A stretch of DNA of 64,000 nucleotides from a virus, in IMG/VR virus record IMGVR_UViG_3300025759_000063, positions 48,202 through 112,201 of that record; one strand, written 5' to 3'. This document shows, piece after piece, positions 8,552 to 17,698 of the stretch. Positions within the stretch are counted from its first letter, which is position 1. The number at the start of each line of letters is the position of its first letter. The position numbers and the translations under genes are program-made. The notes beneath the pieces were generated by a model. It searched no databases, was not told the DNA's origin, and was given only the letters and a program-made list of their open reading frames with translations.

Positions 8552-8770
8552 TCAGGCAACTGCATCCTCATCACTCACAAGAGAAAGATCTGGCAGGTTA
8601 TTTACACGCGACTTCATACGGTTGTGCTTAGAAATTGTCCATCCGTTAGCATCAGCATCGTGCAGAACTCCATCTAGTTGACGACGCTCAGATTCGGTGT
8701 GAAAATGCCTTTCTTGGTTCATGATTTCAAATCTCAAGAGAACATAAAGATTGTACCAGATTTTATTCAC
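8552..8770 (-). CDS. Hypothetical protein (likely start MNQERHF)
   Basis: ORF track. Confidence 0.5.
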   Translation of the reverse strand: MNKIWYNLYVLLRFEIMNQERHFHTESERRQLDGVLHDADANGWTISKHNRMKSRVNNLPDLSLVSDEDAVA

Positions 8771-8787
8771 TCTGGCAATGGTAGCTT

Positions 8788-9063
8788 TTACCTACCGCAA
8801 GGCACCTCTTCGTACCACGTTCTGACATAACCAGGACGCCATCTGTTGCCAGGAACATATTCTTCTCTGCGAATACGTTTGATACAATATCTGTGATAGA
8901 AGTGGTCTCTGTAATTATCACGCTTTCTTTCATGGCGATGATCACTATCCTCATGAACAAATGGCTCCCAGAACTGTTGCCAGGTGATAGCATTTGCAGG
9001 GATGGGAGAGAGTGCTAAGAGCACAGCAGTTAGTAACAGTTTCATGGTTAAAATAGACTCCAT
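8788..9063 (-). CDS. Putative exported protein with signal peptide
   Basis: MKLLLTAVLLALSPIPANA signal-like N-terminus; REEYVPG..W.PGYV..WYEEVPC C-terminus. Confidence 0.65.
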   Translation of the reverse strand: MESILTMKLLLTAVLLALSPIPANAITWQQFWEPFVHEDSDHRHERKRDNYRDHFYHRYCIKRIRREEYVPGNRWRPGYVRTWYEEVPCGR

Positions 9064-9067
9064 TTAT

Positions 9068-9973
9068 TTAACTCCAAACCTTTTCCATGTTGAAGTTTGC
9101 ATAACTAAACTCTTCACGGTCAACAACCTTGAAAGTCCCATAATTGTTAGAGATAACATAACCTTCATGGCAAACAAACGTATTACCAATCATACAAGCA
9201 ATGTCATCGGTTTCTTTAATGAACAAGAACAAATCATCCTTCATAGATGCAACCAACTTCCAAAGCCGTAGCAGGTTGATGTCACATTCACATTTTTCTG
9301 CAATTTCATCCTCAACAATGGGTTGACCCTCACGGATGCAGGCATTGATTGCTTTTTTGATTTGTGTTGCCTTGCGAGCACTTACAAAATCACATAGAGT
9401 GGACATTTGACGGGCAAATGCTGCAACATCTGCCAAATCTTCACGGTATGGGTTTAACTCAACCTCGGGTTGAATAAACAGACAATTTTGGGTGCTGGGA
9501 AGGTCAAGAACCAAAGGATAAGCATCAACCTCACGCAAATCATTCCCACCACTATAAACAGTGTGTGGGGCTACAATTATATCTTGAGAGATAAACTCTG
9601 GGAAGACATATGTCAAAGTGTTGGGGCGATAGGTATCAGAACCACCGACACCAATCCAATCACCTTGGACAATAGTTTTGGTGCGAGGAAGATACTTAAA
9701 GCAAAGATGCAGAATATCTGCAACTCTACCCTCATAGAACTTATCAATCTCCCGATGAGAATGTGCAATCTTGATTTTTACTTTGTTAAAGGCACTTTTT
9801 GTAGCCACAAACCATTTCCCATTTGCAGGATTTGTTCCCCAAACCAAGCTAGGACTCCCATCAATTTTTGTGCTGATGATAGAATCAGGGTCCGAGAACC
9901 AATCAAGAACCGAAAGGTCACCCGTTAGGATAGAATCTTCTACGTGTTCAAGGTGGATATTTTGTGCCATCAA
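9068..9973 (-). CDS. Conserved T4-like phage protein with ligase/nucleotidyltransferase-like KxDG motif (DUF6267-like)
   Basis: HLEHVED...STKIDGSPSLVWG...FVATKSAFNK...QGD...HEGYV...KVVDREEFS. Confidence 0.65.
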   Translation of the reverse strand: MMAQNIHLEHVEDSILTGDLSVLDWFSDPDSIISTKIDGSPSLVWGTNPANGKWFVATKSAFNKVKIKIAHSHREIDKFYEGRVADILHLCFKYLPRTKTIVQGDWIGVGGSDTYRPNTLTYVFPEFISQDIIVAPHTVYSGGNDLREVDAYPLVLDLPSTQNCLFIQPEVELNPYREDLADVAAFARQMSTLCDFVSARKATQIKKAINACIREGQPIVEDEIAEKCECDINLLRLWKLVASMKDDLFLFIKETDDIACMIGNTFVCHEGYVISNNYGTFKVVDREEFSYANFNMEKVWS

Positions 9974-10010
9974 TTTACCATCGCTACACTACTAGGACAC
10001 TTTAAGGGGC

Positions 10011-10478
10011 TCAGATAGAAACAATCTCTTTAATGTAATAGGTGGAAGAATTGTAGCATTCATATTGCTTTTCTTTCTTATACTTTGTCCGATGAACTAT
10101 TGCTTTAATATTACTATATGTGTGACCCTTATTGCGTGCCCAAGTTGATAACTGCTTTACAATTTCTTCTGTCCCATCTCTAAAAATTATCTTATAAGTC
10201 TTTGCGTTAGGATTATTTTCTTTTAGTTGTTTTAGGTTTGCCTTTTTACCCTCTTCACTATGAACATTCACCCGTCCTCTATACCAACCATCTGGGATTT
10301 CATCACATTTGACCATCTTATTATCTGTTCCATTTGTTATCCAAATCTTACCTTTATTTGGAGGTGGTATATTCATTTCTTGTGGTGACAATAGCTCATA
10401 ATCATCTTCCATCAAGATGAAATCTTTTCCAGATACGTTGAAACATTCGTTCAACGATTGAACGCTTACTTTATTCAT
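10011..10478 (-). CDS. NUMOD-type DNA-binding protein / homing-endonuclease-related
   Basis: KGKIWITNGTDNKMV..EIPDGWYRGR...HSEE motif; no GIY-YIG or HNH motif seen; late promoter and hairpin upstream. Confidence 0.55.
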   Translation of the reverse strand: MNKVSVQSLNECFNVSGKDFILMEDDYELLSPQEMNIPPPNKGKIWITNGTDNKMVKCDEIPDGWYRGRVNVHSEEGKKANLKQLKENNPNAKTYKIIFRDGTEEIVKQLSTWARNKGHTYSNIKAIVHRTKYKKEKQYECYNSSTYYIKEIVSI

Positions 10479-10480
10479 TC

Positions 10481-10576
10481 TGCTTTATGTGTCGCAGTAT
10501 TATTTATACAAGAAAAGGGGCATTTCTGCCCCCATTCTCTTTGCTTAGTTGCGACACATAAGCATCATTATTTATA
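10481..10576 (-). promoter_or_regulatory. Two late promoters, a terminator and a long inverted repeat covering the translation start region
   Basis: TATAAATA at 10501-10508 and 10569-10576; arms 10485-10496/10550-10561; inner GGGGCA/TGCCCC hairpin 10517-10532. Confidence 0.7.
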
Positions 10577-10870
10577 TCACTCAACAATGTCGTTGTAAGT
10601 ATTTTGAACTTTACCAACAAACTCTTGACGCTGTTCGGGAGTCAGAAGATTGTTGCGAACAAAATTAATCAAAGTGAAAAGTCCAACAAGTTGCATTATA
10701 CCATTGAACACAGGAATTGCATCCACAACCATCACAACCTCATGAATTATCAGTTGTGCAACAATTACAACAAAGAGAATAGTTGCGGAGATTCCAACTT
10801 TTTTGAGAACATCGTTGGTAACATTCTCATTGACGAAGGTCTTGATTTGTGCGATTTTGTCGTTCATCAT
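10577..10870 (-). CDS. CAAD-domain (CurT/CURT1-like) thylakoid membrane protein
   Basis: Two TM helices and AIPVFNGIMQLVGL...FVRNNLLTPEQRQEF pattern matching the CAAD consensus (IPll..llELVGl...Fv.ryLl...Rqel). Confidence 0.7.
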   Translation of the reverse strand: MMNDKIAQIKTFVNENVTNDVLKKVGISATILFVVIVAQLIIHEVVMVVDAIPVFNGIMQLVGLFTLINFVRNNLLTPEQRQEFVGKVQNTYNDIVE

Positions 10871-10936
10871 TTCAAAAGTTTAATAGTTTTTGTGGGAGCA
10901 GTGTGCTCCTCACACTACTGGAACACTTTAAGGGGC

Positions 10937-11755
10937 TCAGTAGACAGCAATCAATTCATTTGCTTTCTTTCTACTTCCACCATTTGCTGCAATAGTTCTA
11001 GACACTTGAATTGGATAGATTGTGGCATTTTTGTATAGTTCTCTGGTGATGGAAACGTCATTATTAGATACAATCACTTTAATACCCTTTGCAGCAAGAG
11101 ATTCTGCAAGTTGTGCTAGTTTAACCTGCTGGTCTGATGTAAACCCATCAGTCGCATAGCTTGTGAAGTTTGATGTATCAGATGCAGGAACATATGGTGG
11201 GTCAAAATAGACAACATCACCTGCTTCCAAATCTTCATAAAGAGATAAATCTTCAAATGAAAGTGATGTGAACCGCACCAATTGTTTGGTGAGGAAATAC
11301 ATCCTAAATTTCATCATCTCTTCAGATGGACAAGTTGGTTTTTCATATTTACCAAAAGGAACATTAAATCCACCATTTTTATTGTATCTTGACAGTCCAT
11401 TAAAGCAGTGGCGATTCAAATAGATGAATAGTCTTGCCCTTTCTTTAGAATCTGTTGATTGATTGAAGTGTTCTCTCAAATCAAGATATGACTCTTTAGT
11501 ATTATTCTCTGGAATGAACAGTTCTTTACAATACTGAATAAAACTATCCTCATTTGGATCTAACAAATTCTGATAAATTGCCACCAAATCTTTATTCACA
11601 TCATTGAGAATATACTGCTCTGCTGATGTGTTCAGTGCAACAGCAAGGCTCCCACCAAAGGGTTCACAATAACGCTTTGGACTACCAATATGGGGAGTAA
11701 GATGGGGAAGGACTCTATATTTGTTTCCTGCCCACTTTAGAAAGGGTTTATGCAT
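10937..11755 (-). CDS. dam: DNA adenine methyltransferase (Dam family)
   Basis: FLKWAGNK, EPFGGS, LNRHCFNGLSRYN..GGFNVPFGKY, VYFDPPY motifs. Confidence 0.93.
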   Translation of the reverse strand: MHKPFLKWAGNKYRVLPHLTPHIGSPKRYCEPFGGSLAVALNTSAEQYILNDVNKDLVAIYQNLLDPNEDSFIQYCKELFIPENNTKESYLDLREHFNQSTDSKERARLFIYLNRHCFNGLSRYNKNGGFNVPFGKYEKPTCPSEEMMKFRMYFLTKQLVRFTSLSFEDLSLYEDLEAGDVVYFDPPYVPASDTSNFTSYATDGFTSDQQVKLAQLAESLAAKGIKVIVSNNDVSITRELYKNATIYPIQVSRTIAANGGSRKKANELIAVY

Positions 11756-13151
11756 ACAAATAATTTTTTAGAATAACACGGAGTGTAGTATGTGTTCCTG
11801 TTTTCTTGATACTACCAAGTTTAATAAGATCACTAGCAGAAGAAAGATAACAATTTCTTGGATACTCAAACTCATTAGTATTATCGCACCATTCATTCAA
11901 ATCTTCAAGTGTAAAAGATTTTTTAAGTCCATTCTGCATAGCATAAATGAACACCAGACGCAGGAAATTCAGTTCCTTATACATGTGCTCATTTCTATTT
12001 TTAGAGCCCAAAATGTTAGCACCACCATTAACATAGATGTTATGGTCACAGACATCTGCATTTTTACCAGCATCTCTTTCAATGTAAAAGAGTTCCCACA
12101 AAATCCAATCAATGGCAGTCAATCGTAGTTTCCAAACATCTGCGGCACGATTACGAATCCAGGAAGAAAAATTCTTTTCTCCTTGCCAGTTGATTGTAGA
12201 ACCATTGCGAACTTTGTTTCTACCAAACAATTTGTCTTGCCAATAATCTTCAACATTACTATCTTTGATGATTTTAATCTCAGAAATAAGTTGATTCAAA
12301 AACTGATTAAAATATGGTGCCTTACCATTCATATATGCTGCTGTCATGTCAACACAGAGAGCACGATAGATTTTGCTATACGTTGACCCGTTGTTGATAA
12401 TTTGAGAAGTTATTGCAGGTACATTTTCAAAAACAGGTAGATATGGTTTCACGACATCTGTCATTGTATCTACATCTTTAGGAACAGTATTATTGTCAAT
12501 CAAACTGATAGGTCCGTCCATGTCATTTAGCAACCATGGAGTTAAATTTGATTGTCCAGTTGTTGCATTTAAGTAACCGAAACCATTCAGAACAGAGGTA
12601 TAGTTATCGTTCTTAGATTTACCAGATGCAGTATGATCAATGGTACGATAAATTCGATTATATTCATCGTTGCTAGAAATTAGAACAATTTCATATCGAA
12701 GTGTTGATTCTGCCTCAGGAACACAATCTGAGAGAAGATAATCCTTTGGAATATCTAACTCACCATTAAGAAGTTTGCATAGGGTAACAATAAGAGTGTT
12801 ACCATTCATCTGCTTAGGTGTCCATGCTTTAAAAGTATTGCCAAAATTATCTACAAAATCAGTGGTTGAAACCACTATCATATTTTCACGATTTGCTGTG
12901 TCATGATTATAAAGAACATATCTTCCATTCTCATCTTTCTGTAAGAAGTAAGTTCGATAAACATCACCTTCTGCCCTGTCTTCGCTATTTCTTTGAAGTG
13001 AAACTGGGTCTAAAACTTTGCTGTAAGAAGTGCCTCTTTTCTCAACCAATCCATTATAGAAAGGGAGATTTACATGGTTAGAGGATTCTCCATTTTCGTG
13101 TATTTGTTTTGCGAGCAGCACAATTTGCTCGATAAGAGTTTGAGTCAACAT
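11748..13151 (-). CDS. Hypothetical 467-aa protein, possible divergent ParB-like domain
   Basis: Long ORF with its own sigma70 promoter; MNGNTL...IYRTID segment loosely resembles ParB-like DG[NQ]xR families; overlaps the dam start. Confidence 0.6.
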   Translation of the reverse strand: MLTQTLIEQIVLLAKQIHENGESSNHVNLPFYNGLVEKRGTSYSKVLDPVSLQRNSEDRAEGDVYRTYFLQKDENGRYVLYNHDTANRENMIVVSTTDFVDNFGNTFKAWTPKQMNGNTLIVTLCKLLNGELDIPKDYLLSDCVPEAESTLRYEIVLISSNDEYNRIYRTIDHTASGKSKNDNYTSVLNGFGYLNATTGQSNLTPWLLNDMDGPISLIDNNTVPKDVDTMTDVVKPYLPVFENVPAITSQIINNGSTYSKIYRALCVDMTAAYMNGKAPYFNQFLNQLISEIKIIKDSNVEDYWQDKLFGRNKVRNGSTINWQGEKNFSSWIRNRAADVWKLRLTAIDWILWELFYIERDAGKNADVCDHNIYVNGGANILGSKNRNEHMYKELNFLRLVFIYAMQNGLKKSFTLEDLNEWCDNTNEFEYPRNCYLSSASDLIKLGSIKKTGTHTTLRVILKNYLYA

Positions 13152-13218
13152 AGATTTTCTCCGTGTATAGATTTGGAGTGTCAAAACGGGTATAGATTTG
13201 TTTTGACTGAACTTATTT

Positions 13219-13247
13219 AGTATAAACTATTTTCAGTTAGTTGTCAA
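13219..13247 (-). promoter_or_regulatory. sigma70 promoter TTGACA-17-TATACT with adjacent CTAAATA late motif
   Basis: Near-consensus hexamers. Confidence 0.75.
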
Positions 13248-13250
13248 CTA

Positions 13251-13838
13251 TCAGAAAAGATTGCGTCCAAATTGACCACAAAGATAAAATGCCATTCCCT
13301 TATCCTTAAGAGTCACACCTGCAAATTTCAGAGGAACATAGTGACCGTTGGTTTTAGATGCTTTGGTGCGAATCTGAAGCAATCCGTTAGGGCCAGTGAT
13401 GGTATTCAATTCACTTTCCTCATCAAATGCCGTGCGAATATGGTTACAAATGAATTCGTAATCCTCTTTCAGTTCCCGATAGTGCTCAGAATGAGTTTCT
13501 GAATTTAGAAGTTCAGTTCCCACATAATCGTTGGTGCGAGTGAAACCAACGTAGATGGTCTGATTGAGTTTCTCAGCAACTTTACTTTCAGCGAAAGGAA
13601 CATTATCCTCAATAATTTCGCTAAGGCAGTGCTTTAACTGTGTCACAGCAATAGATTCACCAACCGTGAACGTCTTAAGTTCACCGTCCACAAGATCTTT
13701 GAGGTTGGAGCTGTTAGGAATGCCCAGAGCAGTTTCAATCAGTTGTCCGCGAGAACCTTTGTTCTTGCCAGGTTTGGCATATGCAGAGAAATCAGTTACT
13801 TTCAATTTAGCAAAAGTTTGAATAGTTGTGAGAGTCAT
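13251..13838 (-). CDS. MutH/Sau3AI-family PD-(D/E)xK endonuclease
   Basis: NKGSRGQLIETALGI....KDLVDGELKT matches the MutH KG..G.L.E..LG....D....ELKT motif; LQIRTKASK and AFYL in the C-terminal half. Confidence 0.75.
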   Translation of the reverse strand: MTLTTIQTFAKLKVTDFSAYAKPGKNKGSRGQLIETALGIPNSSNLKDLVDGELKTFTVGESIAVTQLKHCLSEIIEDNVPFAESKVAEKLNQTIYVGFTRTNDYVGTELLNSETHSEHYRELKEDYEFICNHIRTAFDEESELNTITGPNGLLQIRTKASKTNGHYVPLKFAGVTLKDKGMAFYLCGQFGRNLF

Positions 13839-13888
13839 TGCAAGTTTGTTCCTTGTACTACTACAACACTTTAAGTGGCTCAGTATCA

Positions 13889-14107
13889 TCAATCAATCGG
13901 AAGTTTAGCAACACTCTTACCTCTACGATGTTTTTGAATAAACTTGCGGGCAGATTCCTCCGTTGTGCACACTTTAAGCTGCTTGCCATTGTGAATGATC
14001 ATCAATCGGTTACAGTAAGGAACTGCTGCATAGATTCCACCATCAACAATAAATCCATTTTGGGGTGGGTTTGAGTCAAGAATGCTTGAATTAGTTGGTT
14101 GGTTCAT
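13889..14107 (-). CDS. Conserved cyanophage hypothetical protein (start MNQPTNSS)
   Basis: YAAVPY...MIIHNGKQLKVC motif; upstream extension overlaps the HNH gene and is rejected. Confidence 0.65.
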   Translation of the reverse strand: MNQPTNSSILDSNPPQNGFIVDGGIYAAVPYCNRLMIIHNGKQLKVCTTEESARKFIQKHRRGKSVAKLPID

Positions 14108-14225
14108 GATACTTTCAAAAAAATCGTGATTTTTGTTGGGGCGGATGCCCCATAGGGTCTGTGCAGTGAAATTGCAAAAAAATCGGGGTTTTACCCCTGA
14201 TGGCCACTTGAGTCTTGGGTGAGAC

Positions 14226-14666
14226 TCACCGCCTGTAGATGATGGTGATGGTTTTTCCATCATCCACTATACTCTCTAGAGTGCATTCTTTCAAGAGTTC
14301 TGCATTGTCGTGATTTGCTCTGGTTTTGATACGATGACACTCCTTGCAGAGTAATTGGCATTTCTCAACTTCTGGAATAATTCTAGACATATCCCAGTCG
14401 ATGATTTTTCCAATAGTGTATGCTTTGTCTGCTCGGTTGATGTGGTCAAACTGAAGGTTTTCTGTCGTTCTACACCCTACACAGACTCCACCCAGATGCT
14501 CAACAAGTTGCTGCCTCTTTTTCTTGCGAAGTTCTCTGAGTTTTTCTGTCTTGTAAGCTCTATTTTTCTTTGCCCATTCACTGTTCCTTTCAAGTTTTTC
14601 CTCCCTGTAAGTTTCATCATTTTGGTATTTGTTTCGGTGCCAATCTGCACCAGTGTTCTTACTCAT
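14226..14666 (-). CDS. HNH endonuclease (free-standing homing endonuclease)
   Basis: CVGC..TENLQFDHIN...KCQLLCKECHRIKT. Confidence 0.88.
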   Translation of the reverse strand: MSKNTGADWHRNKYQNDETYREEKLERNSEWAKKNRAYKTEKLRELRKKKRQQLVEHLGGVCVGCRTTENLQFDHINRADKAYTIGKIIDWDMSRIIPEVEKCQLLCKECHRIKTRANHDNAELLKECTLESIVDDGKTITIIYRR

Positions 14667-14669
14667 AAG

Positions 14670-14706
14670 AATGACACAACTGATTTATTTATATAGTTGT
14701 GTCATT
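14670..14706 (-). promoter_or_regulatory. 12-bp perfect hairpin with late promoter TATAAATA in the loop
   Basis: Arms 14670-14681/14695-14706; 3' arm ends just upstream of the HNH ATG. Confidence 0.75.
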
Positions 14707-14710
14707 TCAA

Positions 14711-15901
14711 TCACCTCCGCACAACAGAATCCAACATCTCACCTTTATGAAATACGGTATCAACAACGTTCTGCAATGCTCGCTCGGTGCTGATACCAAC
14801 CTGGGAATACACAGGTACAACACAAAGACCAAACTTCTTGGTATCGCTACCCAAACGCAGGACACGGCCGATGGTTTGAACCATTTCGATGGTGTCCATA
14901 TTGCGAAGGAAAACAACAGTCTCCAATTCGCTCACGTTGATACCCTCAGAGAGAATAGAACGGTGAAGAACAACAAACTTCTTGCTAGGATCTTTACCCC
15001 AAGCATTGAGAGTGTTGAAGAACTCCTCTCGGTTAGCTTTCTTGCCGTCAATTACAGCACCAGTCTTGCTAGTGATGTAGAGATAAGAGTAACCACGTTG
15101 TTGTAATTCAGAAGCAAAATCAGTGAATCCCATCAGGTTCATCAGTTGCTTGCTAGTCTTAACACAAACAAGAATCTTCTTGGTGTCAGTGTCATCAATC
15201 GTGTCCAAAACATTGGCACAATCAATGTTAGGATTGATTTGTTTTGCCTTGTGAATGTCAAACTTCTTTGCCTGAATCTTAGGAGGAATGATGTAACCAC
15301 CCTCCACCAGTTCAGGTGCAGAAACGCGACAAATAATGTCACCATAAACCTCAACATCGTTCATACCAGGTTTGTTGATAGTGACAGAAGTCTTGCGGGT
15401 TGCAGTAAAGAAGTAGCAACGTTCTGCATCGCCAGAGAAGAACTCTGTAGGAGCAAAGAAGTTACGCTTTACAGAATTGTGTGCCTCATCAAAGTAAATG
15501 GTGTTCACTTCGATGTCTGCTTGACGCAAACGATCAAGAGAATTGTAGGTCGTGAAGATAATGCAAGCATCACCAGCCGTGCGGGCAACATTAGCAAACA
15601 TATGAATTTGCTTGGGGTTGGTGCTGCTGAAGTGAGAAGTTTCACCACTGTGAGCGTGCATTACGTGCACATTCTTGGTGTCGATAACCTCAAGAAATTC
15701 GCTACAGAGTTGCTCTGCAAGCAAAATACGAGGGCAAACAACAACAATGGTGGTGGCACCAATGTTGTCAATCTGTGCCTTAGCATCAGTAATCATTGTG
15801 AGAGTCTTGCCTGCACCAGTAGGCATAATCAACTGCCCCTTCATATGGGCAACCATTGCATCAACACCGCGTTGCTGATGTGGGCGAAGAAGTGGAATCA
15901 T
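14711..15901 (-). CDS. Superfamily 2 DExH helicase (type III restriction Res-like)
   Basis: LRPHQQ, PTGAGKT, DEAH, FTAT, LSEGINV, QTIGRVLR. Confidence 0.9.
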   Translation of the reverse strand: MIPLLRPHQQRGVDAMVAHMKGQLIMPTGAGKTLTMITDAKAQIDNIGATTIVVVCPRILLAEQLCSEFLEVIDTKNVHVMHAHSGETSHFSSTNPKQIHMFANVARTAGDACIIFTTYNSLDRLRQADIEVNTIYFDEAHNSVKRNFFAPTEFFSGDAERCYFFTATRKTSVTINKPGMNDVEVYGDIICRVSAPELVEGGYIIPPKIQAKKFDIHKAKQINPNIDCANVLDTIDDTDTKKILVCVKTSKQLMNLMGFTDFASELQQRGYSYLYITSKTGAVIDGKKANREEFFNTLNAWGKDPSKKFVVLHRSILSEGINVSELETVVFLRNMDTIEMVQTIGRVLRLGSDTKKFGLCVVPVYSQVGISTERALQNVVDTVFHKGEMLDSVVRR

Positions 15902-16032
15902 TTAATCAATCGCTTATACTATAGGGACACTTTAAGTGGCTCAGTAATCCTAACACACCCAATTAAATGTGTAAATGTAGGATGAGTCCTAAAATATGAA
16001 AGGAAGGCATTGTAGCGCCTTCCAGATGACTC

Positions 16033-16452
16033 TCAAACAGCAAGTGCGCTGCTGGGAATCTCAACAACCTCAGGCAGCGGTTTTCTATCATCAAACTGGT
16101 GCATATCATAACATACCCATTCACCATTGCGGAAGACATATGCAAACTCTTCGCTGTTATCGGGCAGCAAATACTCTGCAAGGTCAGCATCAAGGCGTGG
16201 AGGAGTATCTGATGCCCGTTGAGAATAATACTCAGGAGCATATTGACCCACAGGAAGTTTACCCTCCCAAGTGCGATTAGACCAGCAAGAACTCATATCA
16301 CCACCGTCAATCAGTTCGGATACTTTATCCTTAGTGTTGTAGTGTGTGATGAGAATACGACCCAACCACTCAGGATAACCATCATAGTGGTGATAAGCAG
16401 AAAGAATAGAACCGTCTTTGAGTTCGATACCAATGCGGGAGCGGGTTGCCAT
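16033..16452 (-). CDS. Conserved phage hypothetical protein
   Basis: MATRSRIGI...YHHYDGYPEWLG family motif; follows a motif copy. Confidence 0.75.
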   Translation of the reverse strand: MATRSRIGIELKDGSILSAYHHYDGYPEWLGRILITHYNTKDKVSELIDGGDMSSCWSNRTWEGKLPVGQYAPEYYSQRASDTPPRLDADLAEYLLPDNSEEFAYVFRNGEWVCYDMHQFDDRKPLPEVVEIPSSALAV

Positions 16453-16503
16453 TGTTTTGTGTGTGATTATACTATAAGGACAGTTTAAGTGGCTCAGTTG
16501 TTA

Positions 16504-16734
16504 TCAACCACCGAACAGTTCATCGAAGAGATCGTCGCCCATCTGATCCATTTCCAGTTTGCGATCCATTGCATTTCGCATTTCAATCAGAGCAATCTGC
16601 TTTGCTTTTAGTTTATCCATTTCAACATTCAAGGCGTGCAGTTTGTTGTTAATCTCAATGCGATCCAATCCATCAACAGTGGTAACAGTGATGGGAAATC
16701 CTTGGGAGATGATAGTTTTTTCAGAGATGATCAT
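16504..16734 (-). CDS. Hypothetical coiled-coil early protein
   Basis: Between two motif copies. Confidence 0.65.
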   Translation of the reverse strand: MIISEKTIISQGFPITVTTVDGLDRIEINNKLHALNVEMDKLKAKQIALIEMRNAMDRKLEMDQMGDDLFDELFGG

Positions 16735-16779
16735 TAAGTGTTCCGTATCTACTACTGGGACACTTTAAGTGGCTCAGTT

Positions 16780-17376
16780 TCAGCTCTCGTCGCCAGATGA
16801 TGTGTACTTGTTCTTCAGTTCACTCTCTTTCTTTTTGCCTGTTGATTGAAGAACCAAATCTCTCAGTTTTCTTCTACCTTCTCTCTTAATTCTTCTCTTC
16901 TCATCTCTAGTATATTCACCTTTTGTCATCTTTACCTGCTTCTCTCTTTCAGGAGCTGGTTTCTTCTTAGAAAGGAGTTTACTTCCTTCTTTATCTAAAT
17001 CGCGTGATTTTGGTTTTGAAGAAGTTGATGCAGTTCCTCCAGATGCCTTTTCCGCTGCTCTTTTTCTTGCTGCAGCTCTTCTTTCTGCCTTTACTTTATC
17101 TGCATATGATTGCTTAACCTCAGCAGAACCTCTTTCCTGTGTTGGTTGTTGCTGTCTTTCAGAACTTGATCTTTGGGTTCCAATATCTTTGCGGTCACTA
17201 TATCTTTTTGCTGGTTCCGTTTTACCACCACCAACTCTCTTTCTTCTTCTAGTTTCTGCATCAGACAGTCTCCTGTCAGATCCTACTCTTCCACCTTCCC
17301 CAGTTTTTCTAATTTGGGAAGAACCCATTACATCAGCATCATATGCTTCGGCACAAAATTGAGAGAAGGTCTTCAT
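16780..17376 (-). CDS. Basic protein with T4 capsid-targeting-like N-terminus; putative internal head protein
   Basis: MKTFSQFCAEA resembles the T4 IP capsid-targeting sequence MKTYQEFIAE; late promoter TATAAATA at 17399-17406; Lys/Arg-rich. Confidence 0.6.
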   Translation of the reverse strand: MKTFSQFCAEAYDADVMGSSQIRKTGEGGRVGSDRRLSDAETRRRKRVGGGKTEPAKRYSDRKDIGTQRSSSERQQQPTQERGSAEVKQSYADKVKAERRAAARKRAAEKASGGTASTSSKPKSRDLDKEGSKLLSKKKPAPEREKQVKMTKGEYTRDEKRRIKREGRRKLRDLVLQSTGKKKESELKNKYTSSGDES

Positions 17377-17426
17377 CAGAATAAGAGAGATTTCTTATTA
17401 TTTATAAATCCTAATTCATCACAAGC

Positions 17427-17457
17427 AAAAAAGAGAGGGACTGTGGACAGCCCCTCA
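17427..17457 (-). terminator. Rho-independent terminator
   Basis: GAGGGGCTGT/ACAGTCCCTC hairpin followed by a T tract. Confidence 0.6.
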
Positions 17458-17463
17458 ACTGGT

Positions 17464-17658
17464 TCAATCTTCAGTTTTCTTTTCTTTCCTCGGACTTGCA
17501 ACAAGTCCCTCATCATAAAAATACTTAACTCGTTCACGTCGTGCTACAACAAGCATATCATATTGCTCTTGTTGTTCTTTAGTGTACTTGAAATTTTGTT
17601 TCCTCCAAGCATCACGAAGTTCAAACATGTGAGGCAGAACATTAACAGTGTCGGTCAT
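17464..17658 (-). CDS. Hypothetical early protein
   Basis: Follows motif copy 17673-17702. Confidence 0.65.
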   Translation of the reverse strand: MTDTVNVLPHMFELRDAWRKQNFKYTKEQQEQYDMLVVARRERVKYFYDEGLVASPRKEKKTED

Positions 17659-17698
17659 TGTTGTTTGGTGATTGTAATACTAGAACAGTTTAAGTGGC

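Noticed and set aside
13839-14263. N-terminal extensions of the ORFs 13251-13892 and 13889-14263
   Set aside because: They run through the promoter motif or overlap the HNH gene; internal ATGs at 13838 and 14107 fit better
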